DNA of 64,000 nt from Azolla caroliniana (GCA_043228905.1 JBHGNT010000005.1:21328001-21392000), one strand, 5' to 3'. Numbered from the stretch's first letter, positions 12,915 to 27,800 are shown. Numbers and translations: made by a program. The notes: generated from the sequence alone by a model not told the origin.

Positions 12915-15900
12915 ATGTCTATCTTGATCATCATAAAATCGAGCACGATCTTGAGCCGTCTTGACATTCTCTTTGGCAATATGCAACATTTGGTTCATGT
13001 CTTGCAAAAAATTGCGTGTACTGTCTAATGTATCACGATGAATCATGACATCAACTGGGGCACGTGGCTGAAAACTATACATCAACGTAAAAGAACTATA
13101 TCCAGTGGATGTATGTTTAGAGCTATTATAGGGAAATTCTAAGATAGGAGGGTATTGCTCCCACTTAGAAGGGGTTTTTACTACATAAGCTCGAAGCATG
13201 TCCTCAATAATTTGATTAACTCGTTCAGTTTGTCCATCAGACTGAGGATGATCTGCGGAACTCATGCTCAACGTAGTTTCTAGTTTCTTAAAGACTTGAG
13301 TCCAAAAGTCACTAGTAAACTTGGAATCTCGATCACTAACAATATCCATTGGTAATCCATAAAAGTGATATAACTCATCAACAAATTGATAAGACAATTG
13401 TTGCGCGGTTACGGTGGTTTTGGTAGGAATAAATCTAGCCAATTTGGTTACTCTGTCAACGACAACCCAAATGGTATCATGACCCCACTGTGTACGAGGT
13501 AAACTAGCAATAAAATCCATCGAGCTACTTTCCCATTTGTTGTTGGGAATATCTAAGGGACGTAAAAGACCTGCAACTTTAAGTCGTTCTAACTTATTAA
13601 TGTGACATTGTAAGCATTGAGTTACGTATTTATGCACGTTAGAGCGCATCTTAGGCCAGAAAAAAGTACTCGAGATGAGAAGGAGTGTGCGTTGTATTCC
13701 AGGATGACCCACAGATGGTGCATCATGACATTCATAAAGAATTTTTTGTTTTACGTTTGGTAAATTTGGAACACAGACCTTTCCACTACGATAGAGCGAA
13801 CCGTTTGTAATGTGAAAGGTCGCCTTCGAGGGTAGGGTGCTAGCATCGACATCTAAACTAGATTCGTCTTTCGTCCAGTATTTCGAAAAATAACTATCAT
13901 CAAGGTATTTCCCTTGAAGGTGATCCAAAAGATCAGATTTTCTTTCCATGAAGCTAAGCATGTTAACTTCTTTAATGCGACTAAGAGCATTTGCAACGGT
14001 GTTCATAGAACTCTTGCGATACCATATGGAAAAATCAAAATATTGCATAAGGTCAGCCCAACGGCCTTTACGACCAACAAGATCTGGTTGGTCATGAAAA
14101 TACTTCAATGATTGATGGTCTGTTGTAACCACAAATTTATTTCCGAGATAGTGCCTCCCTGTTTTAAGTGCATGTATTACTGCAAACAACTCTTTCTCTT
14201 GAACCGAATACTGAGATTGAGCAACATCAAGCTTCTTACTTTCAAAAGCAATAGGGTGACCGCCTTGAAAAAGAACGACACCAATAGCATAATCACTATT
14301 ACCTTGAGAAAGGCTCAGAAGGGTCTGGTAATAGAAGAGTGGGAGCCTGATACACATGCTCTTTGAGTTTCTCAAATGATTTGTCAAGTTGTTCATTCCA
14401 TGCAATCAGTTTGACATCTTACGTGGATGACCTTTTAAAAGGTCAGTTAATGGTGTAGTCAATTTGGATTAGTTACGAATTGATTTTCGTAAAAACCCAA
14501 CAAACCCTAAGAATGATCGCAATTCATGAATATTACGAGGAATGGGTCAAAGTTTAACCTTTTGAATACGAGAAGGTTCAATTTGAACATCATTTTCCGT
14601 AATTAAATGACCTAGGTACACAATAGATTTTTGGAAAAAATCACATTTTGAATGTTTTGCATAGAAAGAGTTGTCACGCAACTTTTGCAAAACAAATCGA
14701 ACATGTTGAATATGATCTTGCAAGGTACGTCTATATATCAAAACGTCATCCAAGAATACAACAACAAAATCACCGAGTTGATCTCAGGAAACGTCATTCA
14801 TCGCTTGTTGGAATGTGGCTAGAGCATTAGTCAACCGAAAGGCATGACTAAAAACTCATAATGGCCATAGCGCGTATGAAAAGCAGTTTTAGGAATATCA
14901 TCCTCGGTAATGCGAATCTGATGATAACCTGTTCGTAAGTCAATTTTCGTAAAATATCAGGCCCCATGCAAACGATCAATCGAATCATCGGCACAAGGTA
15001 ACGGATATGCATTTTTAATTGTCATTTTATTCAAACGGCGATAATTGATACACATTCGCCATGAACCTTCCTTCTTCTTAACTAGTAGAACTGGTGCACC
15101 CTAAGGTGATTTACTATACCTAATGTGGCCCATACTCAAGTATTCGTTAAGTTTTTTAGCGATCTCATCCTCTTCTAATCGACTAAGTTGGTAAGGTGGA
15201 ATGCTCACAGGAGCAACTCCGGGGATGAGTTCAATTTGATGGTCCACATTATGTTTTGGTGGTAAAGTAAGGGACAATTCGTTAGGAAACACGTCTTGAA
15301 AATCGTTTATAAAATAGAGTCAAGTAATCGTTGTTCATGATGTGGTAATTGTGTGGCATCAATATTAAAATAATAAAATTGAAGCGCAGGATCAATTACA
15401 CATGAATAAATTAATGAACTAGAATACTCACTTAAAGATTTAGAAGACACAAGTGAACGAGAAGGAAGTTTGGAACATTGAATAAAATGTTTACAATTAC
15501 TAAGTTCAAATGTGATTGAGTGATTAACCCAATCAATGGACAAAGAAGGGTTTTTATTAAAAAAACAAGGGTATCCTAAAGTGACATATGTGGATTGTAG
15601 TTTCATAACATGAAAGTCAAGCTTCTCCAAATAGGTATCTATTTGAATTGGCAGTTGACAAACAATGCCACTGATGTATTGAACACTTCCATTTGCCATG
15701 TGAACTTGATAGATATGATCACTTGCGTTTATGTGGAGTTCCATTTGCTACACAAAGTGATCATTATGAAAATTGTGAGAACTACCGGAATCAAACAAGA
15801 AATGTGCTTGTGTTCCATTGATATACCCGACTGCTCGGAGTAAATCATTAGGTCCAAGTAAATGTGAAGGAAAAGTGCATTCAGATGAACTTAAGTGGTT

Positions 15901-17128
15901 TGTATGAACTTCAACAACATCAAAAGACTCACTTGTGTGACTCGTAGATTTGTCTTGAAGAGGGGTGTTCATTGACTTCCTCTCAAGACGACGACAGGTA
16001 TCCTTTGTGTGGCCCTGCTTCTTGCAATATGCACAGAAGAGGTTCGGTTTCTTGGAGTCGCGGTCAAGAGTGTCACTGGATTGCTTATGTTTCCCAATGA
16101 ACTTGACATTCAGATTTTTGGCGAACTCAAGTTTATTGTGGTTTTTCTTGGAAGTCCTATGGTACCGAAGTACAATGTTGACGGCTTCCTCGAAAGTTGT
16201 GGGGTCCTTGTCATGGACAATCCAATGGTAATCCCCATTGGGAATACCATTCAAAAAGCAAGCAACAAACCATTTCTCACCCGTAACTCCCGATTTTAGG
16301 ATCTGGGTCCGAGCATGATGCACATAATCCTCGAGAGAGGTAAATGGCTTACTCGACAACGTGAGCAAGTGTTGCGCTTGTTCAGTTTGAGAAGATGGTT
16401 GCAACAACTATTTCTTAAAAACATCAACAAAACATTCCCAACTTGTGGGTAAGCTCTTGGCAGTCCTTAGGCTACGCCACCAAGCAGCAGCTCGACCACC
16501 TAACTCATGACCGACATAACCAATTTTTACAGCATCAGGCTTGGGGTGGAGCTCAAAGTGAGACTCCCACCGACCAAACCAAGTGCTAATGGCCTCCTCG
16601 GTTCTTTCTTTCTTATCTCCCTTGAATGGCGTTACTACGAAAGAAGGTTCCACTTCTTTCTTGGACTCAATAGTCAATTCTTGGAATTTCTTTTCCAATA
16701 CCATATTGGCTTGCCTCATTTTGGCCAATTGATTAAAGGTAGTAGAGAGCAATTGCTCAATAGTGATCTCAACTTGTGTGCCAGATGTAGATTGGAGTTG
16801 AGAGGTCTCGGTCAGAGAGATTGCTCCAACAACATTCAAAACTTGTTCCATGATGCAAGTTGTGGGTATGCAATATAAATAAGAAGGTTGAGAGAATACA
16901 CAAGAAAAATGAATGCTTAAAATTTTTATTGTAAGAACTTTACCAAGAAAGCATCTCACGTCTTTACCCCTCTAGACATATGAGATGTGTTTCGAGATCC
17001 GATAGCTATGGTAACACTATGGTGTTTTAAAAACCATGGGGGAAAACATAGCTAAGATGTCTTTCTCGGATCTCTATCTTGAATAATCATGTCGGCTCCC
17101 CGAGGCTCAACCATGGTTCTAACATCAA
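12915..17128 (-). mobile_element. Ty3/Gypsy chromovirus-clade element (Galadriel/Reina/Tekay-like), decayed gag-PR-RT-RH-INT, 3' end truncated
   Basis: gag (AAAWW), CAYCKKQGHTKDTC knuckle, LFDSGSSHNF protease, RT with LDDVLIY, EKELFAV..TDHQSL RNase H, HPQSDGQTERVN integrase. Degenerate Met-type PBS near 17115-17127. Confidence 0.85.
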
Positions 17129-18445
17129 TGTAGTTTCCTAGTTAGCCTTATATTAGAATGCCAGCCCAACATGTATTGATATGGTCGAGAAAGTGTATTA
17201 TGTGAAAAAACAAGTGCAGCACTCACAAGTAATATTCTAGTCTTGTGAGTAGCAAGCAAATGTTATGAAAAAAAGAGAAAAAGAAGTCACTATCTATAAG
17301 AGTCAAGAAGTGACAAAAACAAGGTTCAAAAACCATGCGTTGTCAACTATTTTTTATTTATTTTTAAATACTACCAATAAATGGATGGTGCGAGGTATGC
17401 ACATATCCATCCCAATATGGCGATTGTAATGTGCACAATTGTGACATAAGCCACAAGTTGATACAAATGGTGGAACTCAAAGATGTAGTACTCAAATTTA
17501 TGAGTAAAACATCAATAGAGGAACTCATGTGGTTTTACTCAAGTTCTAAGGCTCGATAATATGAGTTAAACCTAGATGAGCTGTTGGAAAAAATCGTTCA
17601 AATAACGGCATGATGCCCACTCAATAGGAAAAAATAGTCTACACGGAAGCGTTACATCATAGGTAAACTCACATAAATATGTTAAACATGACAAGGAAGG
17701 GGAAAATGAGAGTTAATTGTGGGTGGTTAAATGACAATTACTAGAAAATCATACAAAAGTGAAATGAAAATTTGTGTAATTAGAAATTAATTAGAATAAT
17801 AATCAATTAGGTGTATGGAACATTAAGCATACCTTAAAGTAAGAAATCCTAGGGTAATTGACATGCACCTCCTCAAGACCACCACATCCCATAGAATCGG
17901 CCAAGTGATAGCTCAATAGAGAGTAGAGTGGCATAGGTAGGCGCCATACACCTCGTTAAGACCACAACATCCCATAGAATCGGTCAAGTGATGGCTCAAT
18001 AAAGGGAAGGGTGTCATACTCAACATAATATGCAAAAGAGTCATGAGGTGAGCGTGTGCGATTAGGGCAAACACGCTCGACCCGATGCACAAGAATAATT
18101 ATTACCGTAAAAGATGGCTCAAGAGAAGGGAGAGTGGCATATACATCGCAATATGCAAAAGGGCCATGAATTGAGCGTGTGCGATTAGTGCAAACACGCT
18201 CGGCCCAATGCACAATAATAATTAAAATCGTATCGTGGTAGAAAGAAAAAAGAAAAGAAAAGAAATCGTAATACAAATTTGATTCGACCAACAAGAACAC
18301 ATCATAGAAAGAAGAGAGATCGAGAAAGAAGAATACCAGGTTTAGAGTGTTGTTTTGATCCTGAGAAGAGCATGACAAGCCTTGTTAGATCCCCATTGCT
18401 CACACACAAAAAATATCAAAACAACAAAAAAAAAAATTAGTAAAA

Positions 18446-18901
18446 GCTCTGATACCATTGTTAAGAGTTTATTACTAATCAATAGACCAAACTAAAGTAA
18501 AAGAAGGAAAATAGAATGGATAGAAGAACCCGTTCCACCTGACCACCCCCGAGCTATGATCTAGACATAGCCAACCTACCACTGATGTCCCATACCGCCG
18601 GATATTAGGATGACTAATACCTTGGAGGAAATAAACACGATCGTCAAGACGAAAGCCTAGCCCGCACCATCGGTGTATCAGACAGCAGCCTTCCGACGTA
18701 ATGTCCTTATGAGGGTAGCTAAACCTCATATTTATACCTTTTCCTAGGCCCCTTGAATAGACGTGCCTTTCTAAAAGGGTCTCCATTCATTGGGTGCCCA
18801 AATCATGATAGTGCATGCACCTATCATTCCTTCTATCCTTTTTAACATTGGTGAACATACCTTCACTAATGTAAACATAAGTGACCTACCCTCACCAACG
18901 T
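18446..18901 (-). mobile_element. tRNA-iMet PBS (18446-18457) plus partial 5' LTR (from 18459) of another LTR element, interrupted at 18902
   Basis: GCTCTGATACCA followed by TGTTA. Duplicated ~80 and ~120 bp blocks at 17880-18225 look like 5' UTR repeats. Confidence 0.6.
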
Positions 18902-21530
18902 TGTCGTGACGATTTTCGGTTACGGTGTGAAACCGAGTGAGACGAATAAACCAAGGATGTGCAACATTGCACATGCACTTAACAAATAAGCCTAAGGCCT
19001 AGTGGCAGGATGTGCAACATTGCACATGCACTTAACAAATAAGTCTAAGGCCTAGTGGCACTTGAGTTCATACAAAGGGGTGCAAGCAAGGTTTGAACCT
19101 TGCACCTTTAAGATATTGTTTGGCTTACCACTAGAACAACTATCATATAGTGTATATTTTATGTATTTCTTTTTCATATACGAATTATAGACGAAACAAC
19201 CATAGAAAACCATGTGCACAAAACCATGGTTCTAAACCCATGGATTGTGCATGTCACAAGTAAAACCGTGTCCCCAAAACCATGGTTCTAAACCCATGGT
19301 TTTGTACATGAAGAGAGCGATAAAAACCCTAGTGGAGCTTGTGTAAAGGGGGGCTCAATATGTGATATCACCAACACCACTATCATCAATATAATTATAT
19401 TTGTCTTTATCTTCTTCATATTTTTCTACGTCTCAAGTGAACAAATTTCATCCAATCTTACATTGATTGTCATTTCTTTGATAATTCCGCGAACGTCCTC
19501 CCTAGTCCAAGACCCCGGTGGTCGCTCGAGTAGCACACGCACGCGCGAATCTTCACGACATCATTTGGTGAACCTGACGTGAAGAGCAGCAGGGGAGGAC
19601 GAAGATGGATGGTGAATATCTCATGGAGGCAATGTAAAAAAGGATGATGGAGTTTCTGAGAGAAGGGAAAAGACGAAATGAAGCCCAACAAGCCGTCGAT
19701 AGGGTAGTCGAGCAAGTGAGCTATTTCAACAGTGCCAAAGTCCAAAGTTTTCTAAAAGTCTACAATGCGGAGATGGATTCAAGAGGTGTGTATGAAGCTA
19801 TGAGGCTGGAGTACTTTTGTCGGGTGGTGTCTCAACCGATCTTCAAAGATGCAAAAGAGCTTCTAGAAGCTCATGATTCGTGGGCGACTTTCAAGAAGGA
19901 TCTATTGGAGGAATACGGCTATGAGAGACTGAAGGGACGAGATCGATGCAACATTGACCAATGGGTGACATTGGCGAAGACCCACCAAGGAGTGATACAA
20001 GCATTCATAGACTTTGAGCATCTTTTTTCTCAACTCGCGGAACGGGAACAAAGATTGGTGGGGGTCGATAAGGTCCTTATGTTCGTGAAGTCAATCGATC
20101 GAATGGAAAGGATGACCATCAGCCTCAAACTCGAAGAAGATGACGGTGCAAATGGCCTCATCGAGGTTTGGAGCAAAGTGGAAAGTGTATGCCGACTACA
20201 CGATAAGGGGCAAGTGTTGTTGGGGTGGGTGGTGAAGCCATTCTTGGCTTCACCACCCTCCCAAGGGGGTTACGATAGAGAGAGAGAGAAGGAGAGAGTG
20301 AAAATAAGAATGACACCAAAATAAGAGGGAAAAAGTTATTCATTACATACCCCATAGGGGGTTTATATAATACATCCAATGTAATGGTTACATGACCATT
20401 ATAAATAAGACCGCTACACATTCTTGTACACATGCACATAATTGTGCATGTGTCCATACACATACTCATCCTCACACACTCATTTACTTTACACATACAC
20501 ATCAACCACATCATTACACATACCCTTATGCTTCCCCGTATATTCTTACGGGTAACACATGGCACACCTGTGGGACAGTGCATTGCACGATGAACCCACT
20601 CTCCATGGCAACTCTTCTCGACTGGAACTCCATCGGTCATCTCAACGGTCGGAAATCCCTCGACCGGATCACTGCTCTACGATCGATAACTTCAATCAAA
20701 GCTTTGCTTGACTCGAACCTTCTCGTTCGGTCAGCACAAGTCACGATTGGATCATACACCAATCGACTAGTTCATTGTGGCATGGGTCATGAAATCGTGT
20801 TGTGCATTTGTGTATTCTTTTTTTCATCATGTGAAGTGAGTTTTATATTTTTTACCCTTTGGTCTTTAAAATTGTGCCCTCAAGTTTTTTTTTTTATGCC
20901 CTTGAATTTTCAAAATTTTCTCCCTTTAGTTTTTGAAATTTGGTCTCATGCCCTCGAGCTTTTGAAATTCCGTCATCTACCCTCAAACTTCTGAAATTCG
21001 GTTTTGATGCCCTCCAATTATTGAAATTACCTAGAATGCCCTTCTCCTCTTTCCTTTTCTTCAACTATTTTTCTTATTCTTATTGTCACTCTCTTCTTAT
21101 TCTTCTCTTTTCTTTACTTTGTCTTCTTCTACTTCTTTCTCTTCTTCCTTTCTGTTTACTTCTCTGTCTCTGTCTTCTTCTTGCGTTCTTCTCCTTCCTT
21201 TCTTCCGTTTCTTCTTCGCCTTCATCCGTTTCTCCTTCTTTAGGCATGACAAGAGCTTGGTGGAGCTCTCTCTCTACTCTATCTTGGTCTGTGTCTATGT
21301 CTGTCTAAGTCTTTTCTGTTCATCGACCGTCGGTCGTGCCTGTCCATTGGCCATCTGTCGATCGTCGCCATCGTTGACTGTCCGACGACCATCTGTCAGT
21401 TCGGCCGGCTGACCCGTCGATGATAGTGTCTGTTTGGCTAGTGTCTTTTTGGTCGTTTGTCCCGTTGATCGTCTCTCTTGGGTGGCTATTTTGGCCATAC
21501 TCTCTCAGCGAAATGTCTCGGCCATATTCT

Positions 21531-24500
21531 GTTAATCAGGTTTCGGTATTTCGGAAGCTAGTAAGACTCCGGTACCAAGATGGCTCCAACATGGCGGAGC
21601 ACATGAATGCCTTCCAGGGGCTGATCCACCAGGCAACATCATTGGAAGTACCTCTCGCCGATGAGCTACTAGCACTACTCCTACTCGATTCCCTCCCAGA
21701 AAGCTGGGAGACGTTGGTTGTCACCTTGGGCAACGCCGGGCCGGAAGGGTAACGGTTATCCCTAGCAAGAGTGAAATCGAGCTTACTAGATGAGGAGGCG
21801 CGTCGAAAAGATAAGGATACAAGCTCCGACTCCAAAGCACTCCTTACCGAATCGGAACGCGGAAGACAAAGGAACCGTAGTCCCTAGAATCGGGAAAAGT
21901 CTGGGACACGGTCAAAGTCAAGGGGGAGGCCTACTTGCTTCTATTGCGGCAAGCTGGGACACTTCCAGAAGAACTGTCGGCATTTCCGAAAATAAAAGGA
22001 AACCGACAGTACCGATTCGAAGCGGACACCGAACCGGAACGGTAAAGACCGAAGTAGAACGGACCGGAAGGGAATGACGAAAATTGCGGCAAGTGAAGAA
22101 AAGTTGATGCTCATTACCGAGGAGAGTGAGCTAAACCTTGCCGGCGACGAGATGACCTGGGTGGTCGACTCCGAAGCGTCGTTCCACCTTACCCAAGACC
22201 GGAAATGCTTCTCATCGTACTCAGCCGGTGATCACGGCTGTGTCCGGATGGGGAATGAAGGTACATGCCGAATTGTCGGCATAGGAGATGTGTGGTTGAC
22301 AACACCAGCCGGATGCAAGCTACTGTTGAAGGATGTCTGACACGTTCCGGAGGTTCGTCTGAACCTGATATCAGCCGGTCGGCTAGATGATAAAGGCTAC
22401 ACGGGTAGCATCCGGAACGGTGTTATGAAGTTCAGCAAAGAGAGCCTGATTGTGGCTCGGGCCCGGAAGGTAAACACGTTGTACCTAATGAATGCCCGGT
22501 TATGTCCGAAGGAAGTGAATGTGGCATCCGACACTGCCAGTGAGCTGTGGCACAAAAGGCTGTGTCACATGAGCGAGAAGGGGATGAAGAGGCTTGTAGA
22601 CGACAACCTCATTCCAGTGAAGAACGTGCACTTGGAGAAGTGCACTGATTGTCTGGCCGGTAAGCAAAACCGGACCTCTTTCCGACCAAGGCCACCGATG
22701 AGACGTAATGCACCACTGGAGTTGGTGCATACTGATGTGTGTCAAGTGGACACGAAGTCACATGCAGGATCGCAGTACTTCGTGACGTTCATAGATTACC
22801 ACAGCCAGAAGTTGTGGGCGACACCGTTGAAGACGAAGGATCATGTGTTATCGGTCTTCAAAGAGCTCCACGCAAGAATGGAAAGAGAAACCGGCCGGAA
22901 GCTGAAGGCGGTACAAGCAGATAACGGAGGGGAATACTGGGGGCAGTTCGAGGAGTACTCTTGCTCGAAGGGAATCCGGCTCGAATTTACCGTGCCGAAG
23001 ACGCCAGAACTAAACAGATTGGCCGAGAGGATGAACCGGACCATAATGGAGAGGGTCCGGAGTATGCTAGCGCATGCAAAACTACCCAAGAAGTTTTGGG
23101 CAGAGGCATTGTCGACGGCGACATATGTGATAAACAAATTACCCTCAGTACCCTTGGACGGAGACACACCACAGAGAGTCTGGACCAGTAAGGAAGTGTC
23201 CTACCGGCATCTGAAGGTATTCGGGTGTCTCGCATACGTGCATGTAGCTAAGGACCGGAGAGGAAAGTTGGATCCAAAGACCCGGCCATGCATATTCCTC
23301 GGTTACGGCGATGATGAGTTCGGCTACCGAGTGTGGGACTTGGTCGACAAGAAGGTATTCCGGAGTCGAGACATTATCTTCATGGAGGACAAGACGCTCG
23401 CCGACTGGGAGTCGGAGAAGAAGATAATGAACTCTGAGTTGACTGGTAAGGATCGATTCTACGATGGGCAGACCCAACCGGCAAGAGACCAGTTAGCACT
23501 CGAGGAACCAGCCGGTTACGGTGAGGATACCGAACCGGCAGAAGAAGAAGTAGAGGAAGCTGAAACTAGAACCGGCCAAGACCCCAAATCGGATTCGGAC
23601 GAAGAGCAAATGGAGGAGTCGGTTACCGAAGCCCAAAGACGGAGATATCCTCTCAGAGAGAGAAGGACCCCCCGGAGATTTCCAAATGCAGAGCATGTAC
23701 TGCTAACCGATGAGGGGGAGCTAGAAAGCTTCGAAGAAGCGAAGGATGACACCCACAGCCACAAATGGTTAAGTGCCATGCAAGATGAGATGGATTCCTT
23801 GCATGAGAACCATACGTACGAATTGGTGGAGTTGTCGAAAGGAAAGCGAGCACTCCGAAACAAGTGGGTGTACAAGTTGAAACCGGGAGATGCCGGCAAC
23901 CCCCCGAGATACAAAGCTAGGATCGTGGTGAAGGGGTTCCAGCAGAAGAAGGGGGTGGACTTCGACGAGATATTTGCCCCGGTAGTAAAGATGACTTCCA
24001 TCCGAACGGTGCTGAGCATAGCGGCAAGCATGGACCTCGAGGTAGAACAGCTGGACGTGAAGACGGCATTCCTTCATGGCGACCTCGAAGAGGAGATTTA
24101 CATGCAGCAACCGGAAGGATTCCTGGAGAAAGGGAAGGAGCACCTGGTTTGCCGGTTGAAGAAGAGCCTGTACGAACTGAAGTAGGCTCCCCGACAATGG
24201 TACCGGAAGTTCGACTCCTTGATGACCGATCAAGGGTACCACAAGACGAAGGCCGATCACTGCGTGTTTGTGAAGAAATTCGAAGGAGGCGACTTCCTGA
24301 TACTCCTTCGGTATGTGGATGACATGTTGATCGTCGGACGGGACCAAACTAGAATACGGATGCTGAAGAAGGCTCTCAACCGAGCTTTCGCTATGAAAGA
24401 CTTGGGTCCGGCAAGACAGATGCTGGGGATGCATATCATCCGGAATCGGCCAACGAAGCAATTGTGGCTATCACAAGAGAAATACGTGACAAAGGTGCTT

Positions 24501-26097
24501 CAACGGTTCAACATGTTAGAAGCGAAACCGGTTGGATCGACGCTCCTGGAAAACTGCAGATTCTCCGGGAAGCAAAGCCCGAAGACGAAAGCAAAGAAGG
24601 CTGATATGATGAAGGTTCCATATGCCTCTGCCATCGGGAGCTTGATGTACGCAATTGGTGTGTACCCGACCGGTAATATAGGATACGCAGTCGGAGTGGT
24701 GAGCCGGTTTATGAGCAATCCCGACAAGGAGCAATGGAACGCGGTCAAATGGATACTCCGGTACTTGAAGGGCACTTCAAATATGTGTCTCCGATTCGGC
24801 TCTGGAAAACCTCAACTTGCCAGTTTTACCTATGCGGACATGTCGGCTGATGTGGATACCAACCGATCTACATCCGGGCATGTAATAACATATGCAGGGG
24901 GAGCTGATTTGTGGCAGTCGAGGTTGCAGAAGACGGTTGCGTTGTCAACCACGGAGGCGGAGTACATGGCGGCTGTGGAAGCCAGCAAGGAAATATGATG
25001 GACGAAGGACTTCATCGGAGACCTCGGTATCCGACAAGATGAATATCGGCTCTATTGCGACAGTCAAACTGTCATCCACCTTGCTAAGAATGCGGCCTAC
25101 CATTCCCGGACGAAGCATATCCAGCGAAGGTATCACTGGATCCGGGAAAGAGTAGATGACCAAGAGTTCGCGTTGACGAAGATCAACACGGCCGAGCACG
25201 GGTCAGATATGCCGACCAAAGTACTGACACCCGACAAGCTGGATGCATGTCAGAAGAGGATCAAACTAGTAAGATATCCCATGCCGGAGTGAAGGGGGAG
25301 TTTTTTAGGAAACAGGTCCCTCCGGATGGGAAGTGAAGAGAACCAGATGAAGGAGTACCCGGCAACGGAAGACCTGGTGAGAAACGAATGAAGGAGTACC
25401 CGGCTACGGAAGACCCGGTGAGAACCGGATGAGGACTACCCGGCAATGGAAGACCCGGTGAGAACCGGATGAAGGAGTACCCGGCTACCGAAGACCCGGT
25501 GAGAACCGGATGAAGGAGTACCCGGCTACGGAAGACCCGGTGAGAACCGGATGAGGAGTACCCGGCTACGGAAGACCCGGTGAGAACCGGATGAGGAGTA
25601 CCCGGCAAGAGCCGGATGGTGAAGGCCCGGTAAGAAGTGCTCACCGGATGAAGGGACATATTCGTAAATATGTTTTCTGAGAGGCCATCAGGGCTATATT
25701 TGTAAATAGCTGAAAAGTCATATTAGTATAAATATGACTTAGGGCAAACTTAATGTGGTTGTTGTCATTCTTGTTGGCGCAAGATTAGAGCGCGTAACTG
25801 TGTACAGAGAGAGTGAGAGAGAGGAAGAGGTTGTTGCCTCTGTTGTAACTGCTGCCTATGGCAAAGATAGCAAGCTCGAGGTCGTTGCTTCAGTGCCTTA
25901 CTATTGTACATTCTGATATAGTGATAGTTTGCAGTCTGTGGGCTGCCGTGGTTTTTTCCCTAGTTTGGGTTTTCCACGTTAACATCCTGTGTACTCTTCT
26001 CTTCACTGTGTCGTGCGTTCATTACCCGTTTTCTGTGTTTTATCCTAGGCTCGGTTGTGGCCGAGCGTTGTTCATCGGGAGCATGTAGTTCCTGTCA
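21531..26097 (+). mobile_element. Ty1/Copia (same family as 43102-48566), 5'-truncated, with decayed pol and 3' LTR 25303-26097
   Basis: Integrase 22425 onward; RT (QLDVKTAFLHGDL, YVDDMLI); RNase H (LSTTEAEY); PPT GAAGGGGGAG; LTR containing ~40-bp tandem repeats. Confidence 0.92.
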
Positions 26098-27800
26098 TTA
26101 TCAGATGTCAATTCGGCCCCTACTGTTTGGCAACCGACCCTATTTGGATGGTTGTCCGACTGGTCGTCTCTCTGCTCAGCCGTGTCTTTCCAGCCACATG
26201 CCATGCTTCAGCTGTTGATTGTTTCTGTTATGCCACCAACTGTACGACCGTCTGTCCACCAAGAGTCGTTGTCCCAATCCAACTGTTCGGTTTGCATGTC
26301 CAACGACTATCGATCCACGCCATTCGCCATCCACCATTCCACCGTTGTCTCTATCTATAGGCTCATCCAATTTGACAATCGTTTGCAACTTTGTGCCTCC
26401 TTCCTCTGTTGAAATTCACAGATCATGTCATTCTCGTTCACTACAAGTATTCTTAGGATGCCTCCTTTCCCGCACTTACACATATTCACTTCTTTTAAAT
26501 GTTCGAATGCAATATAAATTTCTACATGATTTCCTTTGATGACAATATAGCAAGAACGACAGAACTTATGGCAGAGGGAATTGACATCAAAGTGGGATGG
26601 GCACCCATCTTTCGCAGGATACTCCACAGTTCGTCCTGTCCGCAAAAGCAAACGTTATAGCTTCCCCTTAGCAAGGGGACGGACTGTCTCCCAAAGTAGA
26701 CAAATAGGGTTAAGGAGACGATGTGAATAGATACAATAAGAAGAAATGATGAAGTCCTATTGAACTGATAACATTATCCCTTATGTAGATAAATATGGTG
26801 CAGAAAACATCGTCCAGACAGATATGGAGAATATACTAACAGAATGAAAACGTTGCACTCTCAGACAAGGAAGGAGGAGAAACAACGAAAATAGGTAAGA
26901 AGAAGAGAACAAATTCTAGATGATTGGGGCCTAGAAAACAATAATATGGAGAGCCAGTGAGAGAGGAACAAAAGGCAAGCTTGATGATCACAGACTATGG
27001 AGGCTCTTAAAGAAAGAAGGAGATGGAAAAGATGAAGAAGAAAAACTAAGGGTAGACCGCTAGATAATCAAAGAGGCTAAGGGCTACTATGGCTATGGGA
27101 GTAGATGAAACAATATTAAGATCACCATAGCAGGCTGGCTCTTCACACAAAGAGTCCAAGCACAACCCATCCTTGCTATAAGAGAGAGAGATATACAGAG
27201 ACACCGAGAGCAAGAGAAAGATTACTGATGGATAGGGAAAGTGAGGAATAGACTTCCTCTCAAAGGAGGGTCGGCCTTTCAAGTGTGCCAAAAGTGTTGT
27301 TGGGGTGGGGGGTGAAGCCTAGAATGGCTTTACCCCCCTCCCAAGGGGGTTACGATAGAGAGAGAGAGAAGGAGAGAGTGAAAATAAGAATGACACCAAA
27401 ATAAGAGGGAAAAAGTTATTCATTACATACCCCATAGGGGGTTTATGGGTGAAAGCATGCGAGTGGAAACAATTAGCTATGTCCTTGACATAGCTAATTA
27501 GCTATGCAAAAAGCTACCATTGATAAATAGTCATTTTAGTAAAAAGCCATCATTAATAAATTAAGTATGCAAAAAACTACCATTGAAAATACTAGAGTGT
27601 TTTAATTACATATGTAAATGAGTGCCATAAATGTGCAACATAAATTGATGTGTGCACCATAAATGTGTACCATAAATTATATATCGAATTCCTAGGTCCA
27701 TTATGCATGATCCTTTGCCACATCACGTAGGCCATCTCTAGTTGAGTACTGTGGGTTAGTTGCTACCACTGTTGCTAAACCCTATCGAGTCCACCTGCCG

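Noticed and set aside
16408-16410. Programmed readthrough between two in-frame gag ORFs
   Set aside because: The stop is inside gag and the element has many other stops; simple decay is more likely. The same applies to the TAG ending at 6587.
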